NCBI GenBank assembly: GCA_019058365.1
Contig: JAHPZE010000012.1
Span: forward strand, 13,451-77,450
Length of the DNA: 64,000 nt
Origin: Promethearchaeota archaeon
GTDB lineage: Archaea > Asgardarchaeota > Lokiarchaeia > Sigyniarchaeales > SOKP01
Direction of reading: 5' to 3'
The notes under the pieces were generated by a model. The model saw nothing but the letters and a program-made list of their open reading frames with translations, was not told where the DNA came from and did not search any database. The position numbers and the translations under genes were made by a program. The first letter of the stretch is position 1, and each line of letters begins with the position of its first letter. Of the stretch, positions 26,537 through 35,929 are shown in pieces.

Positions 26537-27730
26537 ATGAACTTAGTAACCTTTTTCATTGAATTCAGACTTAAGATTAAGCAATACAAGTTAGCTTTTA
26601 TATTTCTTTTCTTTTTTTGGTTTGGGGGTTTTCTTTTTTTTCTCATTACAGAACCAGACCAAAACGTATGGGTTATTTTTTTATACTCTTTAACTGTGCG
26701 CTCTCCAGTAGATGCGAGCGATTTCGTGAATTTATATGCTTTATTATGGCCGATATTATTGGAAGTGATTGTTTTTGGCTTCATCATTGGAGAATTACTG
26801 GAAAAGTATAATCCGATTATAACAAGCAGAATACTTGCTAGTCATAGGAAAAATCATACAGTAATCATTGGATATCATCATCTTTCTAAAAGAATTATTG
26901 AATCATGTCTCGAATGTAAAAAACCCTTCTGTCTTATAGAAGATGATGAAGAAGCAGTAGAAGATCTAATTAATGCAGGACAACCAATAATAATTGGTGA
27001 TGCTACTGAAGTAACCAATCTTAATGCTGCAAATATAAAACAAGCGAAAGAAGTTTTTATCAATGTTGGAGATGTTAGAGTTGCTATAATTTGTACTGAA
27101 AAAATTCGCAAGATGAATCCCAAAATTCCAATATATGTACGCGTATTTGAAGATCACGTGCAAGAGTATCTCAGACAACCCCCATTAAATGCCTTTCCAT
27201 TTTCCACGTCGAAATGGACTATGGATGATATTGATAAGTGGACAAAAGATAAAACTGGAAACGCAATTGTGATTGGTCGTGACAGTTTAACTCATCGGAT
27301 TGCTTATCACATTTCTACACAACCAGACCGTGAAGTTTTTCTTTTTGATGATGAACACGATGGTATCGAGTTTGAAGTAAATGAAAGATTACATATCATC
27401 AATGAGTTCGCTTGCTTCTTGAGTGATTTACGTACTCACATAAAACTCGAACATGTTTCCCAATTATTTATTTGTTGGAAACGGGAATCTGAATTTGATG
27501 AATTACTCTATCTAACAGCTAAAATCCATTTACGGTATCCATTCATTAGAGTATTTGTACGAGTTTTTGATGAAGAACTTGAAAATTTAGTTAAAAGGTA
27601 TAACGCAAAAACTTTCTCGTCTTCTAAAAGAGCATTCAAAATGCTTCAAAAAGAAGTTCCACCAGATTCAGCGATTTGTGCAACCAATAAAATAAATCGA
27701 AAATATAGCTCAATAGTAAATCAGAACTAA
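26537..27730 (+). CDS. 2-TM channel-like protein with tandem RCK/TrkA-N domains (no GYG filter)
   Basis: TM-pore-TM N-terminus, HTVIIGYHHLS, IIGDAT...L.AANI..A, and a second RCK starting AIVIGRD. Confidence 0.8.
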   Translation: MNLVTFFIEFRLKIKQYKLAFIFLFFFWFGGFLFFLITEPDQNVWVIFLYSLTVRSPVDASDFVNLYALLWPILLEVIVFGFIIGELLEKYNPIITSRILASHRKNHTVIIGYHHLSKRIIESCLECKKPFCLIEDDEEAVEDLINAGQPIIIGDATEVTNLNAANIKQAKEVFINVGDVRVAIICTEKIRKMNPKIPIYVRVFEDHVQEYLRQPPLNAFPFSTSKWTMDDIDKWTKDKTGNAIVIGRDSLTHRIAYHISTQPDREVFLFDDEHDGIEFEVNERLHIINEFACFLSDLRTHIKLEHVSQLFICWKRESEFDELLYLTAKIHLRYPFIRVFVRVFDEELENLVKRYNAKTFSSSKRAFKMLQKEVPPDSAICATNKINRKYSSIVNQN

Positions 27731-27795
27731 AAAAAAAATTAGTTTTTTCTATTTATTGTTTATTTTAATATTTCCTTGTTTAAACATCTCATATT

Positions 27796-28263
27796 TCAAT
27801 CTAAATTAAAAGCAAATTCACAATTGATACATTTTTTTACACCATGGAATAACTGGATTCCACAATTTGGGCATTTGTATCTTTTTTCCTCTTCTCTAAC
27901 CCATTTTTCAGTTCCAAGTTCTCGCCAAGCAGGAATAGCACGAAGCATGACCTTTTTCTCTAAATGATCCGGCCAAATTATTATGGATGTGCACGGAAAA
28001 TCATCACATAGATAACACCCTTCAAGCTTTTTATTCTTTATACAATCTTTAATAGGACATGTTCGACAGAAATGAAATATAATATCATCAGATAAACATC
28101 CTGTACAAGCTATATCATCTACACTTTTTACTCCCTAATCATTAAGGGTAGGTAGTATTTCTTTTTTAAACTTTAAATCATTGTCTCTATGAGCTTTGTA
28201 AATTCTACATACACCACAATATAAACCACAAGGAGCTAAAAGTTCTTTTTTAAGATCAAACAT
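27796..28263 (-). pseudogene. DUF3795-type Cys-rich protein (155 codons) interrupted by an in-frame TAG at codon 43 (28135-28137); pseudogene or amber readthrough
   Basis: MFDLKKELLAPCGLYCGVCRIY...LND*GVKSVDDIACTGC...CRTCPIKDC...GCYLCDDFPC...CPNCG...CINC. Both halves share one frame. Confidence 0.85.
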
Positions 28264-28373
28264 TTCAAAAATACTCAAAAATTTTGATATAAAATAATTC
28301 TCTAACATTTAATTTGAGGTGAACAAATTTTTTCATTTATTTTTTTATAATTTTGTATATTGTTCATTTATGT

Positions 28374-28428
28374 TTAAATATTCCGTACTATGTCTAGTAA
28401 AACTTAAATACTCTGTACAATACCTAGT
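28374..28428. promoter_or_regulatory. Imperfect 25-bp direct repeat, 30-bp period, upstream of the Lrp gene (putative Lrp operator)
   Basis: ttaaatattccgtactatgtctagt vs ttaaatactctgtacaatacctagt (20/25 identical). Confidence 0.55.
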
Positions 28429-28457
28429 GATTAATAATAAAAATAACCAACAAAAAA

Positions 28458-28904
28458 ATGATTGATAACCTTAATAAAAATATCTTAGAAGAGTACCAAA
28501 AAGATGCTAGTATAGCCTACAGAACTTTAGCAGAGAAAATTGGAGAAGCTCCATCAACAGTTTTTTCAAGAATTAAACAAATGAAAGATTCTGGAATTAT
28601 AACAGGGGTAATCCCTTTAGTTTCTCCTGTGGCAGTAGGCAAAGCTACTACCGCTTGGATCAAGATAAGTCTTGATATCGATACAGATTGCTGTGATTTT
28701 GCAGATGAAGTAGCCAAAAATAAGAACGCAATGGAAGTTCATGAAATTGCTGGTGAATGGGATATACTAATTAAAGTCAAAGTAGAGGATAACCTAGCTT
28801 TGCATGATCTTACAAAGGAAATCAGCAAAATATCTGGGATTAGAAATATGGAATCACTGATTGCCTTTAAAACAATAAAAGAGGATCCTAGAATAGCTTT
28901 ATAG
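28458..28904 (+). CDS. Lrp/AsnC family regulator
   Basis: LAEKIG.APSTVFSRIK..K.SGII HTH and EVHEIAGEWDILIKV RAM domain. Confidence 0.93.
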   Translation: MIDNLNKNILEEYQKDASIAYRTLAEKIGEAPSTVFSRIKQMKDSGIITGVIPLVSPVAVGKATTAWIKISLDIDTDCCDFADEVAKNKNAMEVHEIAGEWDILIKVKVEDNLALHDLTKEISKISGIRNMESLIAFKTIKEDPRIAL

Positions 28905-28988
28905 TTAGTAGTATATGATTCAAGATATTAAATATGGCTATTCAATCGCTATATAAATTAAAAAGAAATTTCGAATTATTTTAAGAGA

Positions 28989-29933
28989 GTGATGGCTATA
29001 ACAAATGAAAATAACATTATACAGAAGTTTTATAAAAACTTAGAACTGAAAGGTTATAAAGGAAAAATAGTATCTGTAGAACATATTCCGGATTTACGTA
29101 GAGATGTTCAAAAATATCATGATCAAAAGCTTATAGATCCCAAATTTTATGAAGAATATAAGTCTTATTTTGAATTTGAACCAGAGGTTGATTTTCCTCA
29201 AATTAGGTCGCTTTTTATCATATCAGTTCCAGTACCGCAATTTGAAGCTTTCTTTCACTGGAATAATAAGAAGATCTCCTTACTAATCCCTCCTACATAT
29301 TTGTATTGGCTTAAAATAACTAACGAGATGATTGAATTTCTTACTGAAATATTAAAACCAAGTGGGTATAATGTAGCTTACGCTCGTCTTCCTCAAAAAA
29401 CATTAGCTGTACGTAGTGGATTAGCGGAATATGGTAGAAATAATATCACATACGTATCGGGAATGGGAAGTTTTCATCGCTTAACAACATTATACTCCGA
29501 TTTTCCTACAAAGGAAGATAATTGGAGAGAATTACAAATGATGGATTTATGCAAGGAATGTTCTGCATGTACACGAAAATGCCCTACGGGAGCGATTCCA
29601 ACCGATCGTTTTCTACTTCGAGCTGAACGATGTATTACATATCATAATGAACAACCTGGGGATGTTCCTTTTCCAGAATGGATTGATCCAAAAGGGCATA
29701 ACTGTTTAGTAGGGTGCTTGCATTGTCAAAAAGTATGTCCTGCTAATAAGAAAGTTAGAAATTGGACTGAACCAGGACCAGAATTTAGTGAAGAAGAAAC
29801 AAAACTAATAATGAATGAAATAAAATTCGATGATCTTCCCACAGAAACTAAGAATAAATTTGAAAAATTTGAATTTGTTAATTATTTCGAGGTTTTTCAC
29901 CGAAACCTAACTCCTTTTTTTAATAAAACTTAG
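28989..29933 (+). CDS. QueG/reductive-dehalogenase-like 4Fe-4S (cobalamin-dependent) protein
   Basis: KTLAVRSGLAEYGRNN, CKECSACTRKCPTGAI, RCITYHNE, GCLHCQKVCP.N. Confidence 0.85.
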   Translation: MMAITNENNIIQKFYKNLELKGYKGKIVSVEHIPDLRRDVQKYHDQKLIDPKFYEEYKSYFEFEPEVDFPQIRSLFIISVPVPQFEAFFHWNNKKISLLIPPTYLYWLKITNEMIEFLTEILKPSGYNVAYARLPQKTLAVRSGLAEYGRNNITYVSGMGSFHRLTTLYSDFPTKEDNWRELQMMDLCKECSACTRKCPTGAIPTDRFLLRAERCITYHNEQPGDVPFPEWIDPKGHNCLVGCLHCQKVCPANKKVRNWTEPGPEFSEEETKLIMNEIKFDDLPTETKNKFEKFEFVNYFEVFHRNLTPFFNKT

Positions 29934-30034
29934 GAAATAAAATTTCTTTAAAAAAGATTTTTTTCTAAAATTGTAAATATAATGGAACATAAAAAAAAAA
30001 GGATTTTGGCTAATTTTGCTTTTATTTGATTGAA

Positions 30035-30361
30035 CTAATCTTCTGGCATTGATAAACCGATCATTGGTAAGGCATCTACTCCAGAAAGGAATGTCTCTAT
30101 TTTGTAACTAAAACCTGGAACATCTGAATATATAAGATTCATATTTGTAATGCGTTTAAGCATTTCATCATATTTTCCTTCTTTAACTTCTGTTGCGGAG
30201 ATTGATTTGATTCCTTTATGGGTGGCTTTAACTGCAACACGGATGAGTGATTTTTCTAATGATCTATCCATTGGATATTTTTTCACTATCTCAAGATATT
30301 TCTCGGCAATAGTTTTTTCTTTACCATAGGGGATATAGGATGTTGTAAGAATTATAACCAT
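30035..30361 (-). CDS. Small hypothetical alpha/beta protein
   Basis: 108-aa ORF with a GAGG SD. No motif recognised with confidence. Confidence 0.7.
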   Translation of the reverse strand: MVIILTTSYIPYGKEKTIAEKYLEIVKKYPMDRSLEKSLIRVAVKATHKGIKSISATEVKEGKYDEMLKRITNMNLIYSDVPGFSYKIETFLSGVDALPMIGLSMPED

Positions 30362-30532
30362 TAATTTCGCCTCTATTTAATAAATATTTTTAAAAATTAG
30401 ATTTCAGAGTAATATTCATATGTTTTAATTCAATTTAAACGTTATTAGGAAAACTATTCAATGCTTTCAGTAATTAATTTTCTAGAAAAGGAGTTTTCAA
30501 AAACTAAATTAATATTCTGATGGAGTAAATAT

Positions 30533-31033
30533 TCACCATTCATATCTGCATTTAGTACAAGATTTCTTTTTTGCGTATATACGTCTTGGAGTATAGCTAA
30601 TTACATTGGATTTATCATCTATTTCTCTTATAGCAAATCCCATAGCACCACAATTAGGGCATACTCTTTTATTAATTCTAGAATCGTCGCTTATAGAATG
30701 TGAATCCTCTAACTTTTCTGAGAGAGATGGTGGAGTAAATGATTGCTGTTTTGGAGGAAAAGATGGCGGAGTGTAAGATAACTCAACTGGAGGCGGTGGT
30801 TTATAAGACTCCTGACTTGGTGGAGGAGTTGGAGTTGATTTGTGCATTAATTCTTGAATTTTAACAAGCAATTTTTGATTTTCCTTGGCTAGTTGAGCTA
30901 TTTGATGATCTTTTTCAGCAACAAGTGCTTGATAAAAATGAATCTTAGAAAATAATTCTGTTATTTGATCTGATAATTTATTAATCGTAACTTCATATTC
31001 AGATATAGGTTCCTCTGGGTTGTTATACATCAC
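30533..31033 (-). CDS. Coiled-coil + proline-rich linker + C-terminal Zn-ribbon protein
   Basis: Heptad region, PTPPPS...PPPP...PPS, CPNCG...CTKCRYEW. Confidence 0.8.
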   Translation of the reverse strand: MMYNNPEEPISEYEVTINKLSDQITELFSKIHFYQALVAEKDHQIAQLAKENQKLLVKIQELMHKSTPTPPPSQESYKPPPPVELSYTPPSFPPKQQSFTPPSLSEKLEDSHSISDDSRINKRVCPNCGAMGFAIREIDDKSNVISYTPRRIYAKKKSCTKCRYEW

Positions 31034-31251
31034 AATTCATACTCCTCATTCTTAACAATATTGTCGGGTCTTTCTATTGTACTTAGTTTGATTTAATATA
31101 TAAATGTTTTCGGAGTGAAATTTTCGAAAAATAGATATTAATATGAGCTTTATAAATGTCGAGCTTAACATTTGCTTCAGAGTAATAACATTTAAAAAAA
31201 CTATAATGTATTTTACTATATTAAAGAATTCAAAATAGAAAGTGATTTATA

Positions 31252-32307
31252 ATGTCTAAATTAAATGATTCTTCAATTAAAGAATTGGAAAATCAAATTA
31301 AAACTCTTGAGAACAATCTACAAGAATTGAGAAATGAATTTATTAAAAAAACTGGGCAATTACCCTCAAGAAATTTAAGAGATTTCAGCTGGAAATGGAC
31401 AATTTTCGTAACTCTGGGTTTTGCGTTTATATCAAGTATTGTCTATCTTTTAGGTATAGCAAAAGTTGGTATCTCAGAAAATACGGGTATTCCATCATTC
31501 TTTTTTCATACTGATTTAGCATATTTTAACATTCTCACTCTTTATGTTATTATCATGGTATTAATAGTTCAATCAAATAAAATTAACGGATATCAAACAC
31601 TAGTGCTGATTTCAGGTTTTTGGTGCGCTCATTGGTTAATTTATGACTGGTCATGGTGGACTCTTAGAATTGGGATGGGTACAATTAACTTAGACGGTTT
31701 CTGGATACGTGGATTAGGATCTCCAATAGTCGTACCTCATCCTTCAATGGGGATGTTCTTATTATGGGCTATCTTAGGAGGGATAATGGCTTTATATACC
31801 TTCACAATACCCAAAAATTATATTGAACTTTTGCCTCCTACGATTTGGTTATATACCGGATATCCCAACGCAAGTATTTGTGAGATGATAGGTATATCAG
31901 ATGATATTATATTGATTATTGGGATAATACTTATAGTTATATCATTTTCTATAGGTGGATTCTTTACATATCGAAGATTCAAGGGCAGATCTATAGAATA
32001 TCATAAAAAACGAGACGAAATTAAAAATAGCTTTAAAAGAGAAAATCTAAATTTTGATCCACTTACACTGCCTTGGATTTTTATTATAGCAGGAATGTTG
32101 ATATTTATGTATCTTTTTCTTGTATTGATACCTGTAATAGGATTATTCTTAGGGTTTATTTCGTGGATGCTGATTCCGCTTTTTTATATACTCTTCAAAG
32201 GATCAAGTGCACTAAAGTATAGAAAGACAGTTCAAATAACAATTGCTATTACCTTAATTATATCAATAATAGTGATAATGTATGGTATACATATGTGGCT
32301 CCTTTAA
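31252..32307 (+). CDS. Multi-pass membrane protein with N-terminal coiled coil
   Basis: IKELENQIKTLENNLQEL followed by about 8-9 TM segments. Confidence 0.75.
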   Translation: MSKLNDSSIKELENQIKTLENNLQELRNEFIKKTGQLPSRNLRDFSWKWTIFVTLGFAFISSIVYLLGIAKVGISENTGIPSFFFHTDLAYFNILTLYVIIMVLIVQSNKINGYQTLVLISGFWCAHWLIYDWSWWTLRIGMGTINLDGFWIRGLGSPIVVPHPSMGMFLLWAILGGIMALYTFTIPKNYIELLPPTIWLYTGYPNASICEMIGISDDIILIIGIILIVISFSIGGFFTYRRFKGRSIEYHKKRDEIKNSFKRENLNFDPLTLPWIFIIAGMLIFMYLFLVLIPVIGLFLGFISWMLIPLFYILFKGSSALKYRKTVQITIAITLIISIIVIMYGIHMWLL

Positions 32308-32424
32308 ATACTACATAAGATTTTTTAATAATTCTTTAAAATTTTGGATTATTTAAACACAAAGTTATTAATTTATTAATTCAATTAGAATCAGATTTCA
32401 AAAATGCTCATCCAATAAATTTTT

Positions 32425-32682
32425 CTATTTTTCGCTTAATAACCTATTTCTTGAAAACCTTAAAGCAATTATTATTAATATTACACCTAAAATCAAAAAA
32501 CTCATAGAATTAAAAACCTCCGCAGCTTCAGCTCTCCAAAAAATCTGAGATCCTACTAATTCTGGCATAAATCCTTGAATATAGTGAAAATGTAGTTCAC
32601 TTATAAATGATAATATTATTAATAAAATTCCGAAAAATAAAATCACTTTTTCAGCTGAGTTATATTTCATTTTTCCTTTCAT
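32425..32682 (-). CDS. Small 2-TM membrane protein
   Basis: Two hydrophobic helices. Overlaps the Staygreen gene end. Confidence 0.6.
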   Translation of the reverse strand: MKGKMKYNSAEKVILFFGILLIILSFISELHFHYIQGFMPELVGSQIFWRAEAAEVFNSMSFLILGVILIIIALRFSRNRLLSEK

Positions 32683-33178
32683 CCTTTACTATATTAACAA
32701 TGTTCTCTTTCATTTTTCCAAAATTTTCAATCTTATTGTATTTCTTATTTTTTGATTGAAAATGAACATAGATTTGTGATTCTTTTAGATGTGGAAAATT
32801 TTCAATTAATTTCTTTTCTCCATGTATAATGGTTTGAAACACAAGTGGTAAGTGACTACGAAATATTCTATCTCGCATACTCGCCCATCCAAATAGTAAT
32901 CCTCCACTCACGTGAATATAGAAATGTAATTCAAGGTGATCATTTGTCATTAGCCATTCAGCTAAAACTTCGTCTCTCATAAAGCGAGTATAAAAGCTGG
33001 ATATTTGTTTTAAATCATAGTCATCACTTATAGTCAAGAATAGATCTCCCGTTGAATCAGAATGAGTTAAAGTATATCTTCGCGGTAATTTTAAATTATT
33101 AGATTCTACCGAGGCTTTAAACACTACTTTTAGTTTCTCAGGATTAAAATCTACCATTAGTAAGTCTAAAATAATCAA
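32660..33178 (-). CDS. Staygreen (SGR, Mg-dechelatase) family protein
   Basis: FNPEKL.V.F, PRRYTLTHSDSTGDLFLTI, MRDEVLAEW, HVSGG, R..IF...LP, VHFQS...YN..E.FG. The true start may be the ATG of MVDFNP. Confidence 0.92.
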   Translation of the reverse strand: MIILDLLMVDFNPEKLKVVFKASVESNNLKLPRRYTLTHSDSTGDLFLTISDDYDLKQISSFYTRFMRDEVLAEWLMTNDHLELHFYIHVSGGLLFGWASMRDRIFRSHLPLVFQTIIHGEKKLIENFPHLKESQIYVHFQSKNKKYNKIENFGKMKENIVNIVKDERKNEI

Positions 33179-33292
33179 AAATGATGTTTAAACGTTTTTT
33201 TTATTAAATATTACTATAAACTATTTAAAATTGTTTTTAATTTAGGATTGTATTATATATTAAAAATAAATTTACTAACCTAGATGTTATGA

Positions 33293-34114
33293 ATGAACAC
33301 TCTAAAAGGTAAAACAATTTTTATTACAGGTGCTAGTAGAGGGATAGGAAGAACTATAGCTTTACGGGCCGCAGCAGATGGAGCTAATATTGCAGTAGTC
33401 GCTAAGACTAAAGAACCTCATCCAAAATTACCAGGAACAGTGTATACTACTGTAAAAGATATTGAACACGTCGGAGGTAATGCAATCCCATGTATAACAG
33501 ATATAAGATTTGAAGATCAGATTCAAACTGCTATTGATGCCACTGTTGATAGATTTGGAGGGATAGATATCCTTGTGAATAATGCCAGTGCGATAAATTT
33601 ATCTCCAACTTTAGAAATTGGGATGAAGAGATATGATCTTATGTTTTCTGTTAATGTACGAGGGACTTTTTTATGTTCAAAGTTATGTATTCCGTATCTA
33701 AAAGACGCAGAGAATCCTCATATTTTGAATCTATCTCCTCCTCTAAATATGAACCCAAAATGGTTTAAAAATAATCTAGCTTATACTATGGCTAAATACG
33801 GAATGAGTATGTGTGTTTTGGGGATGGCAGAAGAATTTAAAAAAGATGGGATTGCAGTTAATGCGTTATGGCCAAAAACGTCTATAGCTACTGCAGCTGT
33901 GAGAAATTTATTAGGTGGCGAATCAGCAGTTAAACATTCGAGAAAACCAGAAATTGTAGCAGATGCTGCTTATCTAATTTTAACTAAACCAAGTAAAGAA
34001 TATACGGGTAACTTTTTCATTGATGAAGAAATTCTACTTGAGCATGGGATAACTGATTTTGAGAAATATTCAGTTGATCCTAATTCGAAATTATACCTTG
34101 ATTTCTTTCTATAA
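33293..34114 (+). CDS. SDR, HSDL2/citronellol dehydrogenase-like
   Basis: ITGASRGIG, HPKLPGT, NNASAI, YTMAKYGMS, NALWP. Confidence 0.93.
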   Translation: MNTLKGKTIFITGASRGIGRTIALRAAADGANIAVVAKTKEPHPKLPGTVYTTVKDIEHVGGNAIPCITDIRFEDQIQTAIDATVDRFGGIDILVNNASAINLSPTLEIGMKRYDLMFSVNVRGTFLCSKLCIPYLKDAENPHILNLSPPLNMNPKWFKNNLAYTMAKYGMSMCVLGMAEEFKKDGIAVNALWPKTSIATAAVRNLLGGESAVKHSRKPEIVADAAYLILTKPSKEYTGNFFIDEEILLEHGITDFEKYSVDPNSKLYLDFFL

Positions 34115-34140
34115 TAAAAAAAATAAGAAAAGAATTAAAA

Positions 34141-35034
34141 TTAAGGATTGTTTTTTATAAACTCCACTATTAGGTTGGCTAGTTCAGGACCCTTATCTTC
34201 TTGGATAAAGTGACCAGCATTTTTAATTGTAGTATGATTTTGTCCTTGAGCACCTGGAATACTTTCTTGCCAAAATTTATCTCCCCCTCTTGTAATTGGA
34301 TCACTATCAGAAAAAGCGGTTAAAAATGGTTTTTTCCATTGAAAGAACTGTTCCCATGCTTTTTTATTCGCCATGTGCTCTGGATCTTCTTTAGTAGTTG
34401 GAACCAATGAAGGCATAACTCTTGCTCCCGCTTTAAAAGTATCATCCGGAAACGGGGCATCGTACGCTTTAATCACATTACTAGGCAATTTAGTAACTGT
34501 AGCCCCTTGTATTATCTTTCCTATATCAAATTTCGATGAAGTTTTAGAAAACTCTTGCCATTCTAAAAAAGCTTTACCCATCTTCTGTTCTCCTGTGGGT
34601 AATCCTCCATTCGATAAAATAATCCTCTTAAAACGTTCTTGATTCTCAATAGCAACTCTTAAACCTATTAATGAACCCCAATCTTGGCAAAATAAAGTAA
34701 TATTTTTGAGATCAAGCAGATTTACCATTTTTGTTATCCACACCACATGCTTACGGTAAGAATGATCACTTTGTTCAGTTGGTTTATCAGATCGTCCAAA
34801 TCCTACTAAATCAGGTGCTACTGTTCTGTAACCCGCTTGTATTAGAATTGGGATCATATGTCTATATAAAAAGGACCATGAAGGTTCTCCATGCATGAGA
34901 AGGATGCTTTCAACATCTTTTGGTCCTTCATCTATATAATGAATCCTAACTCCGTCAACATTTAAATAATTAGGTTTAAATGGAAAATTTGGGAGATTCT
35001 TAAACTTTTTCTCCGGAGTGCGTAATAATTTCAT
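34141..35034 (-). CDS. Haloalkane dehalogenase
   Basis: LRTP, HGEPSWSFLYR, PDLVGFGRSDKP, nucleophile QDWG, AGHFIQED. Confidence 0.93.
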   Translation of the reverse strand: MKLLRTPEKKFKNLPNFPFKPNYLNVDGVRIHYIDEGPKDVESILLMHGEPSWSFLYRHMIPILIQAGYRTVAPDLVGFGRSDKPTEQSDHSYRKHVVWITKMVNLLDLKNITLFCQDWGSLIGLRVAIENQERFKRIILSNGGLPTGEQKMGKAFLEWQEFSKTSSKFDIGKIIQGATVTKLPSNVIKAYDAPFPDDTFKAGARVMPSLVPTTKEDPEHMANKKAWEQFFQWKKPFLTAFSDSDPITRGGDKFWQESIPGAQGQNHTTIKNAGHFIQEDKGPELANLIVEFIKNNP

Positions 35035-35290
35035 ATAAATTTCTTCTCTTTGTTAATTATTAAAATTATTAAATCTTAGCTATCTTTTAAATTACAATTA
35101 ATTTGTTTAAATTTGAATTTAGATGATATTAAGCAGGTGAAATCAGAAAATTAAAAATAAGAAACCATTTTTGTGATAAATTTCTTATCAAAAAGATAAA
35201 AAGGCATGATATCTTAATTAAAATTGTAGTGAAAATTATTAGTCATAATTTATCGCTTTTTTAAATTCAATTAAATTTTGAGACATATTT

Positions 35291-35926
35291 ATGATTCGCG
35301 TTCTAGATCAATTAGGTAAAGATAATAAAGATTTTTTTACTTCTGATGAATTAAAAAAACATTGCGATGATTTGTATATCGATTATAGGCGCACAATGGA
35401 TTATCTTGTTTCTCGTGGACATTTAGTCCAGATTATTGAAGATATTTATTATGTGAAAACCATTAAAGAAATTAGTAAAAACCAGTTAAGATATTCAATT
35501 TTAGAATTTGTGGCGAAAGGATTAAAATTAAAACGAATTAATAATTGGTATTTTGGGCTTTACACCGCATTAAATATAAACAAAATTAGCCACGATCATC
35601 AAGATGAATTTTTGTACTTAATTAATGATCATATTTTAAACGAACAACCTATAAAGATTTTAGGTAAAGATTTTAGGTTTTTAAGATTCAAAAACGCTTT
35701 TTTCAATTTTGGTATTATAAAAAACAAAATCAGATATTCTGATCATGAAAAAACGATTTTAGATTTAATTTATTTATGGGAATCTAATCATATCAATGAA
35801 AATAGAATATATATTGAGGTGTCTAAATTATTGGAAGGAATATCTGAAGAAAAAATATTGCAATATGCCCAATATTATCCGGATTCTAATCAAAAACTAT
35901 TGAAAAAAGCTTTGAATAAATCATAA
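35291..35926 (+). CDS. AbiEi-like (type IV TA antitoxin / transcriptional regulator) protein
   Basis: N-terminal wHTH (YLVSRGHL..I...IYY), WYFGLYTAL, YSDHEKTILDLIY. Confidence 0.75.
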   Translation: MIRVLDQLGKDNKDFFTSDELKKHCDDLYIDYRRTMDYLVSRGHLVQIIEDIYYVKTIKEISKNQLRYSILEFVAKGLKLKRINNWYFGLYTALNINKISHDHQDEFLYLINDHILNEQPIKILGKDFRFLRFKNAFFNFGIIKNKIRYSDHEKTILDLIYLWESNHINENRIYIEVSKLLEGISEEKILQYAQYYPDSNQKLLKKALNKS

Positions 35927-35929
35927 ACT

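Noticed and set aside
27776-27967. 63-aa plus-strand ORF
   Set aside because: It is the antisense shadow of the TAG-interrupted DUF3795 gene.
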